NCBI RefSeq assembly: GCF_004010195.1 | Contig: NC_057718.1 | Coordinates: 9,136,700-9,200,699, forward strand | Direction: 5' to 3' | Length of the DNA: 64,000 bases | Source: Chiloscyllium plagiosum | Lineage: Eukaryota | Part shown: piece after piece, positions 12,036 to 25,695 of the stretch | Position numbering within the stretch: position 1 is the stretch's first letter | Layout of the letters: the number at the start of each line of letters is the position of its first letter | The notes under the pieces: model-generated | Seen by the model: the letters and a program-made list of their open reading frames with translations, nothing else | Database searches by the model: none | What the model was told of the DNA's origin: nothing | Position numbers and translations under genes: made by a program

Positions 12036-13430
12036 GTACTTACCCGGACAGGAGGGTAATTACCATGACAGGAGGGTAATTAAATAGGCAGGATGGTAAT
12101 TACCCTGACAGGAGGGTAATTAAACAGACAGGAGGGTAATTAAACAGGCAGAGGGTAATTACCCTGACAAGGGGGTAATTAGACTGGTAGGAAGGTAATT
12201 ACATTGACAGGGCAATTAAACAGACAGGAAGGTAATTACCCTGATGGGGGTAATCAAACAGACAGGAGTGTAATTACCCTGACAGGGGAGTAGTTACCAG
12301 TCAGAAGGGTAAATAAACAGACAGGAGGGTGATTACCTGCGAATCATAATTGCTGAGGCAGGACTATTTACCCTCATGTGAGGCTTACTGGCCAAAAAGG
12401 AGGGTAGTTACCCAGACAGGAGGATAATTATCCAGTCAGGAGGGTAGTTACCCAGACAGGAGGGTAATTACCCAGTCAGGAGGATAATTACCCAGTCAGG
12501 AGGGTAGTTACCCAGACAGGAGGGTAATTACCCAGTCAGGAGGGTAGTTACCTAGACAGGAGGGTAATTACCCAGTCATGAGGGTAGTTACCCAGACAGG
12601 AGGGTAATTACTCAGTCAGGAGGGTAGTTACCTAGACAGGAGGGTAGTTACCCAGACAGGAGGGTAGTTACCCAGACAGGAGGATAATTACCCAGTCAGG
12701 AGGGTAGTTACCCAGACAGGAGGGTAGTTACCCAGACAGGAGTGTGGTTACCCAGTCAGGAGGGTAGTTACACAGTCAGGAAGGTAGTTACCCAGTCAGG
12801 AGGGTAATTACCCAGTCAGGAGGGTAGTTACCCAGACAGGAGGGTAATTACTCAGTCAGGAGGGTAGTTACCTAGACAGGAGGGTAGTTACCCAGACAGG
12901 AGGGTAGTTACCCAGACAGGAGGATAATTACCCAGTCAGGAGGGTAGTTACCCAGACAGGAGGGTAATTACCCAGTCAGGAGGGTAGTTACCTAGACAGG
13001 AGGGTAATTACCCAGTCAGGAGGGTAGTTACCTAGACAGGAGGGTAGTTACCCAGACAGGAGTGTGGTTACCCAGACAGGAGGGTAGTTACACAGTCAGG
13101 AAGGTGGTTACCCATACAGGAGGGTAGTTACCCAGTCAGGAGGGTAGTTACCTAGACAGGAGGGTAATTACCCAGTCAGGAGGGTAGTTACCCAGACAGG
13201 AGGGTAGTTACCCAGACAGGAGGGTAGTTACCCTGTCAAGAATGTAGTTACCCAGACAGGAGGGTGGTTACCCAGACAGGAGGGTAATTACCCAGACAGG
13301 AGGGTAATTACCCAGACAGGAGGGTAATTACCCAGACAGGAAGGTAGTTAAGGGTAGTTACCCAGTCTGGAAGACACTTACTCAGATAGGAGGATAATTA
13401 GCCATGTAAGAGGGTAGTTGCCCAGAACAC
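12036..13430. repeat. 20-bp minisatellite, unit ~GGAGGGTARTTACCCAG(A/T)CA
   Basis: Homogeneous core ~12398-13350 (roughly 48 units) with degenerate flanks on both sides. Confidence 0.97.
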
Positions 13431-13728
13431 AACTGTGAGGGCATTTATTCATACAGGAAGCTCATTACCCAGTCTGATGGGTAGCTACCCAAACAAGAGG
13501 CTTGTCTACAAACAGAGAGACATTGCAAAGAGCACAAATAGAAGGATTCATCTCTCCCTTCCTCCTCCCACCTGGCCTACTGGTTCCTTATTGTGGTACA
13601 GTCTGAATTTCCTCAGTATCAGTCATTGTCTGTGCTCTGCACCTACCAGGAGAGCAGGAGAGCGGCATTTACCCAGACTCCCTCCTTTATCTCTCAGATA
13701 GAAAATGAGCCACGCTGTTTGACATCAT

Positions 13729-14362
13729 TGGGGAGGTGATGGCCTAGTGGCATTTTGATTGGACTATTGACCCAGATAATTATCTGGGGACCCAGGTTCA
13801 AATCCTGTCACGGCAGATGGTGGAATTTGAGTTTGATAAATATCTGGAATTAGGAGTCGAATGATGACTGTGAATCCATTGTCATTAAACCCCATCTGAT
13901 TCATTAATATCCTTTAGGGAAGGAAACTGCCATCCTTACCTGGTCTGGCCTATGGGTGGCTCAGTGGTTAGCACTGGGGCCTGGAACCTGGGTTCGATTC
14001 CCGCCTCAGGTGACTGTCTGTGGAGATTGCACATTCTCCCCGTGTCTGCGTGGGTTCCCTCCCACAATCCAAAAGATGTGCAGGTTAGGTGAATTGGCCA
14101 TGCTAAATTGCCTGTAATGCTAGGTGCATTAGTCAGGAATAAATATCGGGCAGGGAATGGGTCTGGGTAGGTTACTCTTCAGAAGGGTGGTATGGACATG
14201 TTGGGCTGAAGGGTCTGTTTCCATACTGTAGGGAATCTAATCTTTTCTTAAAAACATGTGACTCCAGACCCACAGCAATGTGGTTGATTCTTAACTGCAC
14301 TTTGGGATGGGTAGTAAATTCTGGCCTAACCAGCAATGCCCTCATCCCATGAATGAATAAAG
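13729..14362 (+). mobile_element. tRNA-derived SINE family B, interrupted by a V-SINE (~13953-14245)
   Basis: Head tggcctagtgg...ggttcaaatcc; body cctttagggaaggaaactgcc...ggcct|acatgtgactccag is split by the V-SINE; tail gaatgaataaa. Confidence 0.85.
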
Positions 14363-14611
14363 GAAAAATGGTAAGGAACACTCCTGGGGGCTCCAGGTGG
14401 GATCTGCGCTGAGTTGTCGGAGCTCTCTGAGCTGAACAGGAAATGAATCATAAACTCTTACTCGACAGGCAGGAGGCTATTCAGCCCACTCTTCTGATAC
14501 TGGCTGTATGTGCAAGTTTTCCAATGTGCTCTTTCCTGCTAGTTCCCCACAGGCCTGCCAATTGCAATAATAGTCAGACTCTGTGTTCCTGAAGTGGATA
14601 ACTATTGTACT

Positions 14612-14846
14612 TGTAATAACTTCATAGAGGCCAATACCCCGTCATCAAGTCACGCTTTACTTAAACGTGGAGAATCCTTGACACTGACCCAGCTCCCTCA
14701 GAGCCAGCCCCTGAGGGAACAGAACCTCTGACACTCCTGTTTATGTCTGTCAGTCAAGGCTTCCTGATTGGACCAGATTAACAGCCCCAATCAGGGAACT
14801 CAGATTCTCTGAACTCCACCTGGCTGACCTCATTCTGAGCACGACA
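14612..14846 (-). mobile_element. Solo LTR (probably Gypsy-type), diverged
   Basis: TG...CA ends; homologous to 24921-25124; degenerate flanking repeat gtact/atacc. Confidence 0.6.
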
Positions 14847-15871
14847 ATACCCACTCCTTCACTGGCACTCCCACCACTCTGTCCCTCCCTGTGAGGTACC
14901 TGCGCGTGCTGATTACACATTTAGAGGATAACTAGTGCAGTGATGGTTAATTGGTCACACTGCTTTCACATGCTCCTAAGCATTCCAAAAAGATCAAGGG
15001 GAGTGATATTAACATTTAAAAACTTCCAAGCAAACCTGTAAATTAAAACCAATCATGCAAAGCAACTGAAGGGTAAAAATGACATAAAATTAAATGGTTA
15101 TATAAACGCTCACCTCGAACGTGACTGGCAAGTGACTGATCCTGTGTTTACTGATGTCTGTCTCACATCGCACACCCCCTGTGCTTTCCGAAGGGACCAC
15201 AGCCTGGTGCGGGAATAAGGTTACCTTTGGAATGTTTAACAGAGGTCCCCATTTGCCCTCTCAAGTGGGCGTAAAAGATCGCGCCGCATCATTTCAAAGA
15301 CTAATCGGGTTCTCTCTGGAGACCTCGCCCACATTCATGCCCCAGCCAACATCAGCTTGCGCCCACTGTTGGCCTGATAATTACTGCTGCCAAGCAATTG
15401 GAGACCCTACAATGTGTAGGTTGCAATGGAAAAACGGGAAGGTAACTACACAAAAAGAGGCCATTCAGCCCATCAAAGGCTAATTTAATGAGTAAATGCA
15501 CACATGGTAGGAAGGAGAAGAATGTAGGAACAGGAGTTGGCCATTCTTCCCATCATGCTTGCCCAGCCACTCAGTTGTATCTTCGTTGATCGTCTACCTC
15601 AATGAATGAGTTAGTTTCATTGTCACATGTATTCCAATGATTACAGTGAAGTGTTTGTAAGTTACCACTTATAGCGCCATCTTGGGTACTAAGGTATCCA
15701 GGTACAGCCTCTTCAGGTACAGATACGTTACAGTGTAAAAATGTCACCAACACAGGACACCATCTTGGTACAGAGTACCGAGGTACAATCCTGAGTTACT
15801 GAGTAGAGAAATGAAGGAAAAGAATTACATTCCAGCTATACACGGTATAACCATAGGTCAGAAAGACAAGA

Positions 15872-16195
15872 AGGGAGAGGCAATGGCCCAGTGGTTTTAT
15901 CACTGGACTGTTAATCCAGAAACCCCGGCAATGTTCCAGGGAGATGGATACAAATCCCTCCCCGAATCCAAATGGCAGATGATATAATTTGAATTCAACA
16001 AAAAATAACTCATCTGGTTCACTGATGTCCTTTAGGGAAGGAAACTGCCATCCTGACCTGGTCTGGCCTACATGTGACTCCAGATACACAGCAAAGTGGT
16101 TGACTCTTAACTGCCCTCTGGGCAATTAGGGATGGGCAATAAATTCTGGCCTAGTCAGCAATGTCCTCATCCTATGAATAAATAAAGAAAAAAAC
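15872..16195 (+). mobile_element. SINE family B
   Basis: A-box-like tggcccagtgg, conserved body and agggatgggcaataaat tail. Confidence 0.85.
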
Positions 16196-18289
16196 TATCA
16201 ATATCACAGCCTCTCTCTAAGGGTTCTCTGCAGCAGACCAGCACAGGGTGGAGGGGGTCGCCATGTGGTCTGACCATTGGCTGCTCTCACACTGGGCCGA
16301 TTTATTTCTGCAGTTTCTCTATATCCCTGGATGTCATAGTCTCCAGAAAGCAACTGATTTGTTTCTCGAATATCGAGGGCACACCATTAAGTATATTCAA
16401 GGCTAACATAGACTGATGTTTAATCAGGAAGGGGATCAAGGGTTATGGGGAGAAAGGCAGGAAAGTGTAGTTGAAGATAATCAGATCAACCATGATCTCA
16501 TTGAATAGTGGAACAGACTTGATGGGCTGAATGGCCTACATCCATGACTGCTCTTCCACCCCGTTCTGGATCAAGAATTCCCTTCACACCTCCCTCTCCC
16601 CAAACCTGGCGACGAATACTGGGCCAGTGGGAAGGCCCCTCCATTAACTACAATTCAAACCCTTAATAAACCAAAGGGAGATGTTTCTAATTGTTCACAG
16701 GCCAAGGGCTTCTGGTTGGATCAGCATTTATTGCCCATCCCTACTTATTCTGGGGAAATATAGAAACATAGAAAATAGAAGCTGGGGTAGGCCAGAATTT
16801 TGAGCCTGCTCCACCATTCAATATAGTCTTCCAACTCAGTCCCCTATTCGCATTTTCTCCTCATTCAATATTTTGGTCTCAACTGCTTTCTGTGGCAGAG
16901 AATTCTGCAGGCTCCCTGCTCTCTGGGTGAAGACATTTCTCCCCATCCCATTCTGTACCCTTAAACCATGGCCCCTGGTCTGAACTTCCCAGCCATATCG
17001 CTATGGTAAGCAGGTGGTGGTGTCTTGAATCACTGCAGTCCATGTCCTGCAGGTACCCCTACAGTGCCCTTAGGGAGGGAATTCCTGGATTTTGACCCAG
17101 CGACACTGAAGGAATGGTGATCTATTTCCAAGTTAGGATGGTGAGTGGATTGGAGGGGAACTCACAATTGGTGCTGTTCCCATGTACCTGCTGTCCTTGT
17201 CCTTCAAGTTAGATTGTGGGTATGGGAGAGGGGGTGGGGGTGGTTACGGGGCCAACTTTTCCAGCAGCTGGGGTCTGGGAAACCCTTTCTTTCATGCATG
17301 AGGAGCAGGTTGGTGAGAGGCTGGAGTGTGTGCAGCCACAGGATTTGGCAATGCCGTCACGGGCCTGAAGATTGAGTGGGAGCCAGACCACAGGCCACAA
17401 GCCTCCCGGAATCCAAAATGAAAACGTTCAGCTTCTGGTTGTGACTGGCAACTGAGCCCTTCCCCATCCCCCACCCTCGCATGAGCAAAGATTGCGCTGA
17501 CACTCTTGGCCCACATCCCCAAACTTCCTCCTCTGATTTCTGGGGAGGTAGTTGACGATACAGATTCAATGTGTCTCCCTTCTTCCTTGGCTGATTGTTC
17601 CAGGGATCTACAGATGCCTGGTTTCATTTGCTGTCAGCTATCAGTGTGTATATGTGCCCTCCTCACATTGTTTATACTGCAAACCACAGGCTCAAACTAG
17701 CCCTGACATAATGACTCACAGATTCCAGCTAATTACCCACACTCGCGCTCTCCCTCTCCCTGAGAAGATGTCAGTGCTTCTTTGTCTGTCAGAAGCGATT
17801 ACTGTCAACAAAGGGATTTCTGAAACACCGGGGTTTTCGTTTATTTTAATTCATTTTCTTTTCGCAGTGGTAAGGCCTGATGACATGTTGAACTGCAAGG
17901 TGGGCTCATTCCTTCAGGTCCTCCCTTGTTTGATGCTATCTCACTCTCCCCTCTCCCCCTCCACTTCTTCTGTGTGGAAGCTACCAAGGCATTATTCTGA
18001 AGCCAAGCCAGGGTACGCTATTCCCGGAGTCCTGACCAATACTTAACTGCCAGACAACACTACCGGAACAGATTGTCTGGGTGGTAAGCACATTGCCGCT
18101 TGCTGTGCATTGAGCTTCCTGTGTGCAAATTGGCTGCTACAATTCCTATGTTACTGCATGATGAGGATCAGAGTCAAAATGTGTAGTGCTGGAAAAGCAC
18201 AGCTGGTCAGGCAGCATTCGAGGGGCAGGAGAGTCGACGTTTCAAGTATCACCTCCGCATCTGGCATAAGAGGATCAGTCAATGCAGGC

Positions 18290-18900
18290 AGGCAATCCAT
18301 GTGACATTTTATAAATTCCTACTTTGGAAATAGAACCAGTCTGGATGTGCAGGTCAAGTGAATTGGCTAAGCTAAATTGCCCATAATGTTAGGTGCATTA
18401 GTTGGGATAAATGTAGGGGACTGGGCTTGAGTGGGTTACTCTTCAGAGAGTCGGTGTGGACTTGTTGGGTCAAAGGGCCTGTTTCCATACTGTAGGGAAT
18501 TTAATCTAACCTAAAAAAAAAGGTTGGGGTACAGGCAGACTCTAGCCTCACACCTTTAATGCATTTTCTGAGCTCATCTGTTACCTTTCTTCATAAAACC
18601 TTAAGTTACCTCGAGAATGTGACTTGAAAGAAGTTCTGGGATTTATTAGAATGGCAACTGCAACCCATTCTAAAAGATGAAAGACTTAACGACAATGTAG
18701 GTTTGTTCAATATATCGTTTCAGTTCCATGACACTATGTTCTTATGCTATAAATTCTGTGTCTTATGATCCTGCCCCACTAGCTACCTGACGAAGGAGCA
18801 GCGCTCTGAAAGCTAGTGCTTCCAAATAAACCCGTTGGACTATAACCTGGTGTTGTGTGATTTTTAACTTTGCCATCCCAGTCCAACACTGTCTCCTCCA
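18290..18900 (+). mobile_element. PLE family-B 3' repeat with hammerhead motif, interrupted by a V-SINE 3' half (~18345-18510)
   Basis: cctgacgaaggagcagcgctctgaaagctagtg at ~18787-18819, followed by the aataaacc..ggactataacctggtg motif. Confidence 0.7.
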
Positions 18901-20358
18901 AATCTTGACTGATAAAGGTAAGTATGTCTTCTCAACCACTTTATCTAACTCTGCTGCTGCCTTCAATGATCTATGAATATGAACACCAAGGTCTCTGTGA
19001 TACTCTGTACTTCCTGGAGTCCTACCATTCAACATGTACTCCCTTAGTTGAAGGGTCAATAACAAAGGACATAACATTAAGATGAAAGTTAAAAATCACA
19101 CAACACCAGGTTATAGTCCAACAGGTTTATCTGGAAGTATACTAGCTTTCAAATAAACCTGCTGGACTGTAACCTGGTGTTGGGTGATTTTTAACTTTGT
19201 TCAACACCGGCACCTCCACATCATGGCTATCATTAAGATGAAAGGCAGAAGATATAGAGGGGATTTGAGGCAGGGAACCTCACAGCCATTAAAGAGTACT
19301 TGATGAAGCACTTCAAGTGTCATAACATTCAATTTTATAGGTCTAGTGCAGGAAAGTGGGATCAGTGCGGGTAATTATATCCTGTATGATTCTGTGATTC
19401 TATTGTACATCATTCTAATGCCTACCTCCTCACTATTTACCGTATGACTAATTTTCAAGTCTTTCTTCAACTCGCCCCATTATGTCCTGCTATACCACCC
19501 CCACATGTTTATCTTCTGGCATTCCTTCATTCTCTCTATTCCTCTCCTCTGTTCTTTCTTAGCTCTCATTTCCATTCACTCTCATCATGCCCAGTACTCC
19601 CCAGTCCCTCATTCTCTCACTCCCTGGCTTCTCCCATATTTTGTACCACACCACATTGTCCTTTCCTGACTCTCTTGCGCTTTCTCTTGTCTTTTCCCTC
19701 TCAACCTTCCTCTCTTGCCTTCGTTCACTCTGATCCCAAAGCTACAGCTGACCCTAATGCTGTCTATTGTTAATATCCACTGCAGTGATTGGGAATAACC
19801 AAAAGCAACAATACAAACTAGTTTGCCCCTATCTTATCCGATATGCACATAAAGTTGTTGTTGTAATCTTATTGCCAAAGCCGCAAAGATAAAGACAGCA
19901 TGGGATATACACAAAAACAGGCCATTCGGCCCACTAGCCCATGCTGATGCTCCACTCAAGATTCTTCCCATGTTTCATCATCTAAATCCATCAATATAAC
20001 CCGCTCTATATTACTCCCTGGTTCCAATTGTCCAGCTACACCTTCAATGCATCAACACTATTCACCTCAGCCATTCCCTGTCACTGCAGGTTCCTCACTC
20101 TTACCGCTCTCTGGGAGATGTTTCTTCTGAATTCCCTGGATTTCTTTGTGACTATTGTATACTGCCAGCCTTGTGATCTACTCTTCCCCACAAGCATCCT
20201 CTCTGCGACGCAAAACTTCACAGATTCCTCAAAAACAAAATCCCCTCTGCTTCATCAGCCATCAGGTTTTCAGTCCAAAGAGAAAGGAGATCCCAGTTGG
20301 TCAACTCTTTGCTGAGGGGTCAAACCCTCAGTGACAGGGAATGGCTGAGGTGAATAGT

Positions 20359-22333
20359 ATGACTGTTCAAACTGTCCGCAGGTACCTTGGATGAGTATGG
20401 CACCACCATCACAGACTTTATCAGCAAGTGTGTGGAGGACTGCATACCGAGGGAGTCAATCTGGGTGTTCCCCAACAGGAATGGATGAATCAGGACATAC
20501 AGAACCTGCTAAAAACCAGGCATGAGGCCTTCAGATCAGGACACCCAATCAAATATAAGGAACCCAGGTATGACCTTTGCAGAGCCATTAAGACAGTCAA
20601 GGACCAATACCGATCCAAACTAGAGACCCAGACAGACACCCGGCAACTATGGCAAGGACTGAATGGCATCACAGGTTCTAAAAAGAGACAGTGTAAGATA
20701 GCAGATGATGACACATCCCTCCCAGATCATCTCAACAGCTCCTGTGCTCGCTTTGAGCAGAGTTTCGGTGGAGAGGTAACACCTATTCTGACAAGTCCTG
20801 ACGAGCCTATCCCAACTGTCACTGCATCAGAGGTTAGGTCAGTTTTCCTTCATGAGAATCTAAGGAAAGCAATGGGACCAGACAAGAGTACCAGGCCGTG
20901 CACTCAGGGCATGCACAGATCAACTGGCAGAGGTCTTCTCAGACATCTTCAACCTCTCCCTGCAGCAGGCCACTGTCCCTGCCTGTTTCAAGAGGGCCAA
21001 CATCATCCCTGTGCCTAAGAAGGCTCATGCAGCATGTCTCAATGACTACCGCCCAGTGGGCCTAACTTCAGTGGTCATGAAGTGCTTTGAAAGGCTGGTC
21101 ATGGCATTAATCAGTCTCCCCACTACTCTTGACCCACTCCAATTTGCCTATCAGGCCAACTAATCCATGTCAGATGCCATATCACTTGCCCTTCACTCCA
21201 CCCTAGAACATCTTAAAACCAAGAACAGCTATGTAAGAATCCTACTCATTGACTACAGTTCAGCCTTCAATACTATTATCCCCTCGAGACTGATTACTAA
21301 ACTTCGTGATCTCAGACTAAGCCCCACTCTCTGCAACTGGAACCTCAGTTTCCTGACCCACAGATCACAATCAGTAAAGATTAGGGTCAATATTTCATCC
21401 TCACTGACACTCAATACTGGAGCCTACCAGGGGTGCATACTCAGCCCCCTACTGTACTCACTGTATACCCATGACTGCTTCACGAAATACCAGACTAATG
21501 CCATTTACAAGTTCACTGATGACACCACCATAGTCAATCAAATCTCAGATGGCGATGAAGCGGATTACAGACAGGAAGTGGAAGACCTGGAAAAATGGTG
21601 CACTGAGAACAACCTAGCTCTCAATGCCAGCAAACCAAGGAACTCATTATTGACTTTCAGCAGGATGTTACTCATGCCCCCCTACACATCAACAGCACAG
21701 ATGTGGAACGAGTGGAGATTGTCAAGCTCCTGGGAGGGGTCATCCACAACAAGCTTTCTTGGACTCTTCATGTGGACACATTGGTTACAAAGGCCCAACA
21801 ACAGCTCTTCATCCTTCTTCTGAGGAAATTTGGTATGATGGCGAATACCCTTGCCATCGAGAGCATTCTGTCTGGATGTATCACTGCCTGGCATGGCAAC
21901 TGTACCATTCAAGATCGGAGACAGTTACAGAGAGTGGTGAACTCGGCCCGGACAATCACAAAGGCCAACCTCCCATCTGTAGAATCCATCTACCAGGCCC
22001 GCTGTCAAGGAAAGGCCATCAGCAATCTGAAAGATCCATCCCACCCTGGCAATGTTTTTCTACAGCCTCTACCGTCGGGGAGAAGGTACAGAAGCCTAAA
22101 CACACGCACCAGCCGGTTTCAAAACAGTTTCTACCCTACTGTTGTTAGAATACTGGATGGACTCACAAACTCTTAACATTCGCCTGTACCTGTGGTTTTG
22201 TTTTTGCCGCTGTTTACCTATTATTTACTGTCTATGCTACTTAGCTCTGTGATCTGCCTGTATTGCTCGCAAGACAAAGCTTTTCACTGTGCCTCAGTAC
22301 ACATGATAATAAATTCAATTCAATTCAATTCAA
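20359..22333 (+). mobile_element. 5'-truncated Rex1/Babar LINE, ORF remnant with frameshifts
   Basis: DAISLALHSTLEHL...YVRILLIDYSSAFNTI, QGCILSPLLYSLYTHDC, KFTDDTT, IESILSGCITAW and LPSGRRYRS motifs; (TCAAT)n tail. Confidence 0.92.
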
Positions 22334-22956
22334 CTTTATGATCAGCTGTTTGTGGGTTTGAAGGTGGGAAGGTAGAGGCAGATACAATAGCAGCCTTTAA
22401 GAGGAATCTTGACAGATACCTAAGTAGGCAAGGAATACACAGATATGAACTGAGCAGAGGCAAAAGGTCTACAACAAGGCGTAATGTGTCTGCGCAGGCT
22501 TGGTGGGCCGAAGGGCCTGTTCCTGTCCTGTACTGTTCTTTGTACTTTGTTCTAAGCTGGGGAGATGGAGGGCATGTAAGGTCCGTCGAGATGACTTGTC
22601 TCCTCCTACCCACTTGTCCCAGGCTGTCTGAAACTTTATTACAGTCAGAAAGTGTGGCGCTGAAAAAGCACACCAGGTCAAGCAGCATCTGAGGAACAGG
22701 AGAGTCGGCATTTCAGGCATAAGTTCTTCATCAGCCTCATGGCTGATGAAGAGCTTATGCTCAAAACATTGATTCTCCTGCTCCTCAGATGCTGCCTGAC
22801 CTTCTGTACTTTTCCAGCACCAACCTTTTAGACTGACTCTCCAGCAACTTAAGTCCTCACTTTCTCCTGAAACTTCATTGCAGATAGGGGAGGTATCAGA
22901 GCTGACTAATGAATAACCACTTCAGGGCCTTGTTGGTATTTTACCTCTGGCCCAGA

Positions 22957-23783
22957 GAGTCATAGAGACATAGAGATGTACAGCGTGGAAACAGACCATT
23001 TGGTCCAACCCGTAAGGTCACGCCTCAGCCTCCGACACTCCAGGGAAAACAGCCCCAGCCTGTTCAGCCTCTCCCTATAGCTCAAATCCTCCAATGCTGG
23101 GAACATCCTAGTAAATCTTTTCTGAACCCTTTCAAGTTTCACAACATCTTTCCAACAGGAAGGAGACCACAATTGCATGAAATATTCCAACAGTGGCCTA
23201 ACCATGTCCTGTACAGCCGCAACATGACCTCCCAACTCCTGTACTCAATATTCTGACCAATAAAGGAAAGCATACCAAATGCCTTCTTCACTATCCTATC
23301 TACCTGCGACTCCACTTTCAAGGAGCTATGAACCTGCACTCCAAGGTCTCTTTGTTCAGTAACACTCCCCGGGATCTTACCATTAAGTCTATAAGTCCTG
23401 CTAAGATTTGTTTTCCCAAAATGCAGCACCTCGCATTTATCTGAATTAAACTCCATCTGCCACTTCTCAGCCCACTGGCCCATCTGATCAAGATCCTGTT
23501 GTAATCTGAGGTAACTTTCTTTGCAGTCCACTACACCTCCAATTTTGGTGTCATCTGCAAACTTACTAACTCTACCTCTTTTGCTCGCATCCAAATCATT
23601 TATATAAATGACAAAAAAATAGTGGATCCTTGTGGCACTCCACTGATCACAAGCCTCCAGTCTGAAAAACAATCCTGCACCACCACCCTCTGTCTTCTAC
23701 CTTTGAGCCAGTTCTGTATCCAAATGGCTAGTTCTCCCTGTATTCCGTGAGATCTAACCTTGCTAATCAGTCTCCCATGAGGA
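22957..23783 (-). mobile_element. CR1 LINE fragment with an internal deletion
   Basis: YINDLD, SKFADDTK, LQQDLD and KCEVLHFG on the - strand; tail gagtcatagag at ~22957. Confidence 0.92.
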
Positions 23784-24920
23784 ATAGAGAGAGAGAGTTG
23801 GGGGGAGGTCCACGCAGTGCGAGGGGTCCTACAGGCAAGAGGGGTGTCCTGCCCTTTACAGTTTCCCCTGCCACCCCCCCACCTCACTCTCACGTACACC
23901 CCCTCTGTCCCTACTGAGCCTGCTCTGCAAACCAGACTGCCCTTTCCTCCACTGCAGCACACTATAAGGAACATGTGATTAACTTTCCTTTAAATGTCAC
24001 TGGAGGGTAAACAATGCAGTGCATGTTTCAGAACAATCAACAAACTCTCCAGGTTCGTAATGCTGTCACCAACTTCTCAATTCCTTAATAAACGATCCTG
24101 TATTGATATTTGTGTGTCAACCAGTATGCTGTGCGTGGTTGGCACCCTAATGTTAACTCATTGGCCAGCACAAGGTGAAGAAAGAGACTCCTGCCTTGCT
24201 AACTTAACCTGAATAGCATCCAGATGTACATCCAACTCTGAGCTCCTTTTTTGGAGAGGCTGCCTGTAGTTCCAGCAGTGGCCACTGCTCCCACTTGGCA
24301 CTGTGAGACCATTGAGCACTGACCATCTGATTGGATAGCAGCTCTCAAAGGCAGGATTTCCTCCTGAGAGAGGGGCGGAGTCTCACCTTCAGGACCATGG
24401 ATTCTTCAGTCAAAGGGCTAGGGACCATGGGACCCGTTGAATCCAGCCCAAAATGGATTCACAAGCATTTCCAGTTCCATGCTCATTCATACACTCTTGC
24501 ACACTTTCCCAGTACATTTGATATCCATTGTATAACACGATGCTCAGAACACTAATCCAACACAAAGCAGGTATCAAGCCCAGGGGTAAATACCGAAACA
24601 CAGCTGAATTGTCATAACACCATAAGCCATAGGAGCAGGAGTAGGCCATTCATTTCATCAAGTCTGCTCTGCCATTTAATGGGATTGTGCAGGAGGCTGG
24701 AAGAACACTGTAAGACAGGCAGCATCAAAAGGTGGAGAGGTCAAGGTTTCGGGGTATAACTCTTCTTGAGTTACACCTGAAGCGTTGACTTCTCCCACCT
24801 CCTGATGCAGCCTGGCTCGCTGTGTCCTTCCAGCCTCCTGCCTGCCTACTCTGGATTCCAGTATCTGCAGGTTTTTTGTCTCTGTTTAATGGGATCATGG
24901 CAGATCTGTGACAGGGTTAG

Positions 24921-25124
24921 TGAAATAACTCCACAGAGGTGGGTATCCCATCAGCGAGTCACACGTGGAAAGTCATTGACTCTGGCACAGCCTCGTGAGA
25001 CTCAGCGGTCAGAATGTCTGACGTTCCACTTTTCACCTGTCAGCCAGGGCTCCCTGACTGAGCCCCAGTTGGGGAACTCATGTTCTGTGACGTCCAACTG
25101 GCTGACTTCATTACAATCTCCACA
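24921..25124 (-). mobile_element. Solo LTR (same family as 14612-14846)
   Basis: TG...CA ends with a near-perfect 5-bp TSD gttag/attag. Confidence 0.65.
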
Positions 25125-25695
25125 ATTAGGGTTACCCTGACTCTCTGAGAGAAGAAATTTGTCTCCATTTCCATCTTAGATTCGTGACTCCTTATTCTGA
25201 GATGATGCCCTCTAGTCCTAGACTCTCCCACAGGGGGAAACAACTTCTCTAAATCTCCCCTGTCAAGTCCTCCAAGGAATCTCGAATGTTTCAAAAAGGT
25301 AACCCCTCATTATTTAGAGACATCTAGGAATGACACAATGCTGAACACCTTCTAGACAGTTCTTGAGATCCAACGGCATCTTTCAGAGCGTTTTTCTGAT
25401 TGTACTGGCTAACATTCTTCCCTCAATCCGCACACATGCAAACTAGGTTACAGTATTCTGCTAATCCCCAGTCATTCACTGGATGAGGTTAAGAGGGAGC
25501 AAATCTTGCCATTGGACATCAGATTGACTGCATACTCAGCTCATTGCTGAGGGACCTAACTGCCTACAAAATAGCTCCTTGTCTTCACCCACATGTCAGC
25601 AATCATTGAATTCCACAGTAATTTCCAAAACATTTGAAGTATTGGTGAGAGAAATGAAAAGAATATTATAATAAATACATTGCATCCTTCATTGG

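Noticed and set aside
12036..13430. CRISPR-like array of palindromic repeats
   Set aside because: Units are head-to-tail with no unique spacers, there are no cas genes, and the context is eukaryotic. It is a minisatellite.
20428..22176. Longest ORF cluster as a host gene
   Set aside because: A frameshifted Rex1/Babar ORF2 remnant.
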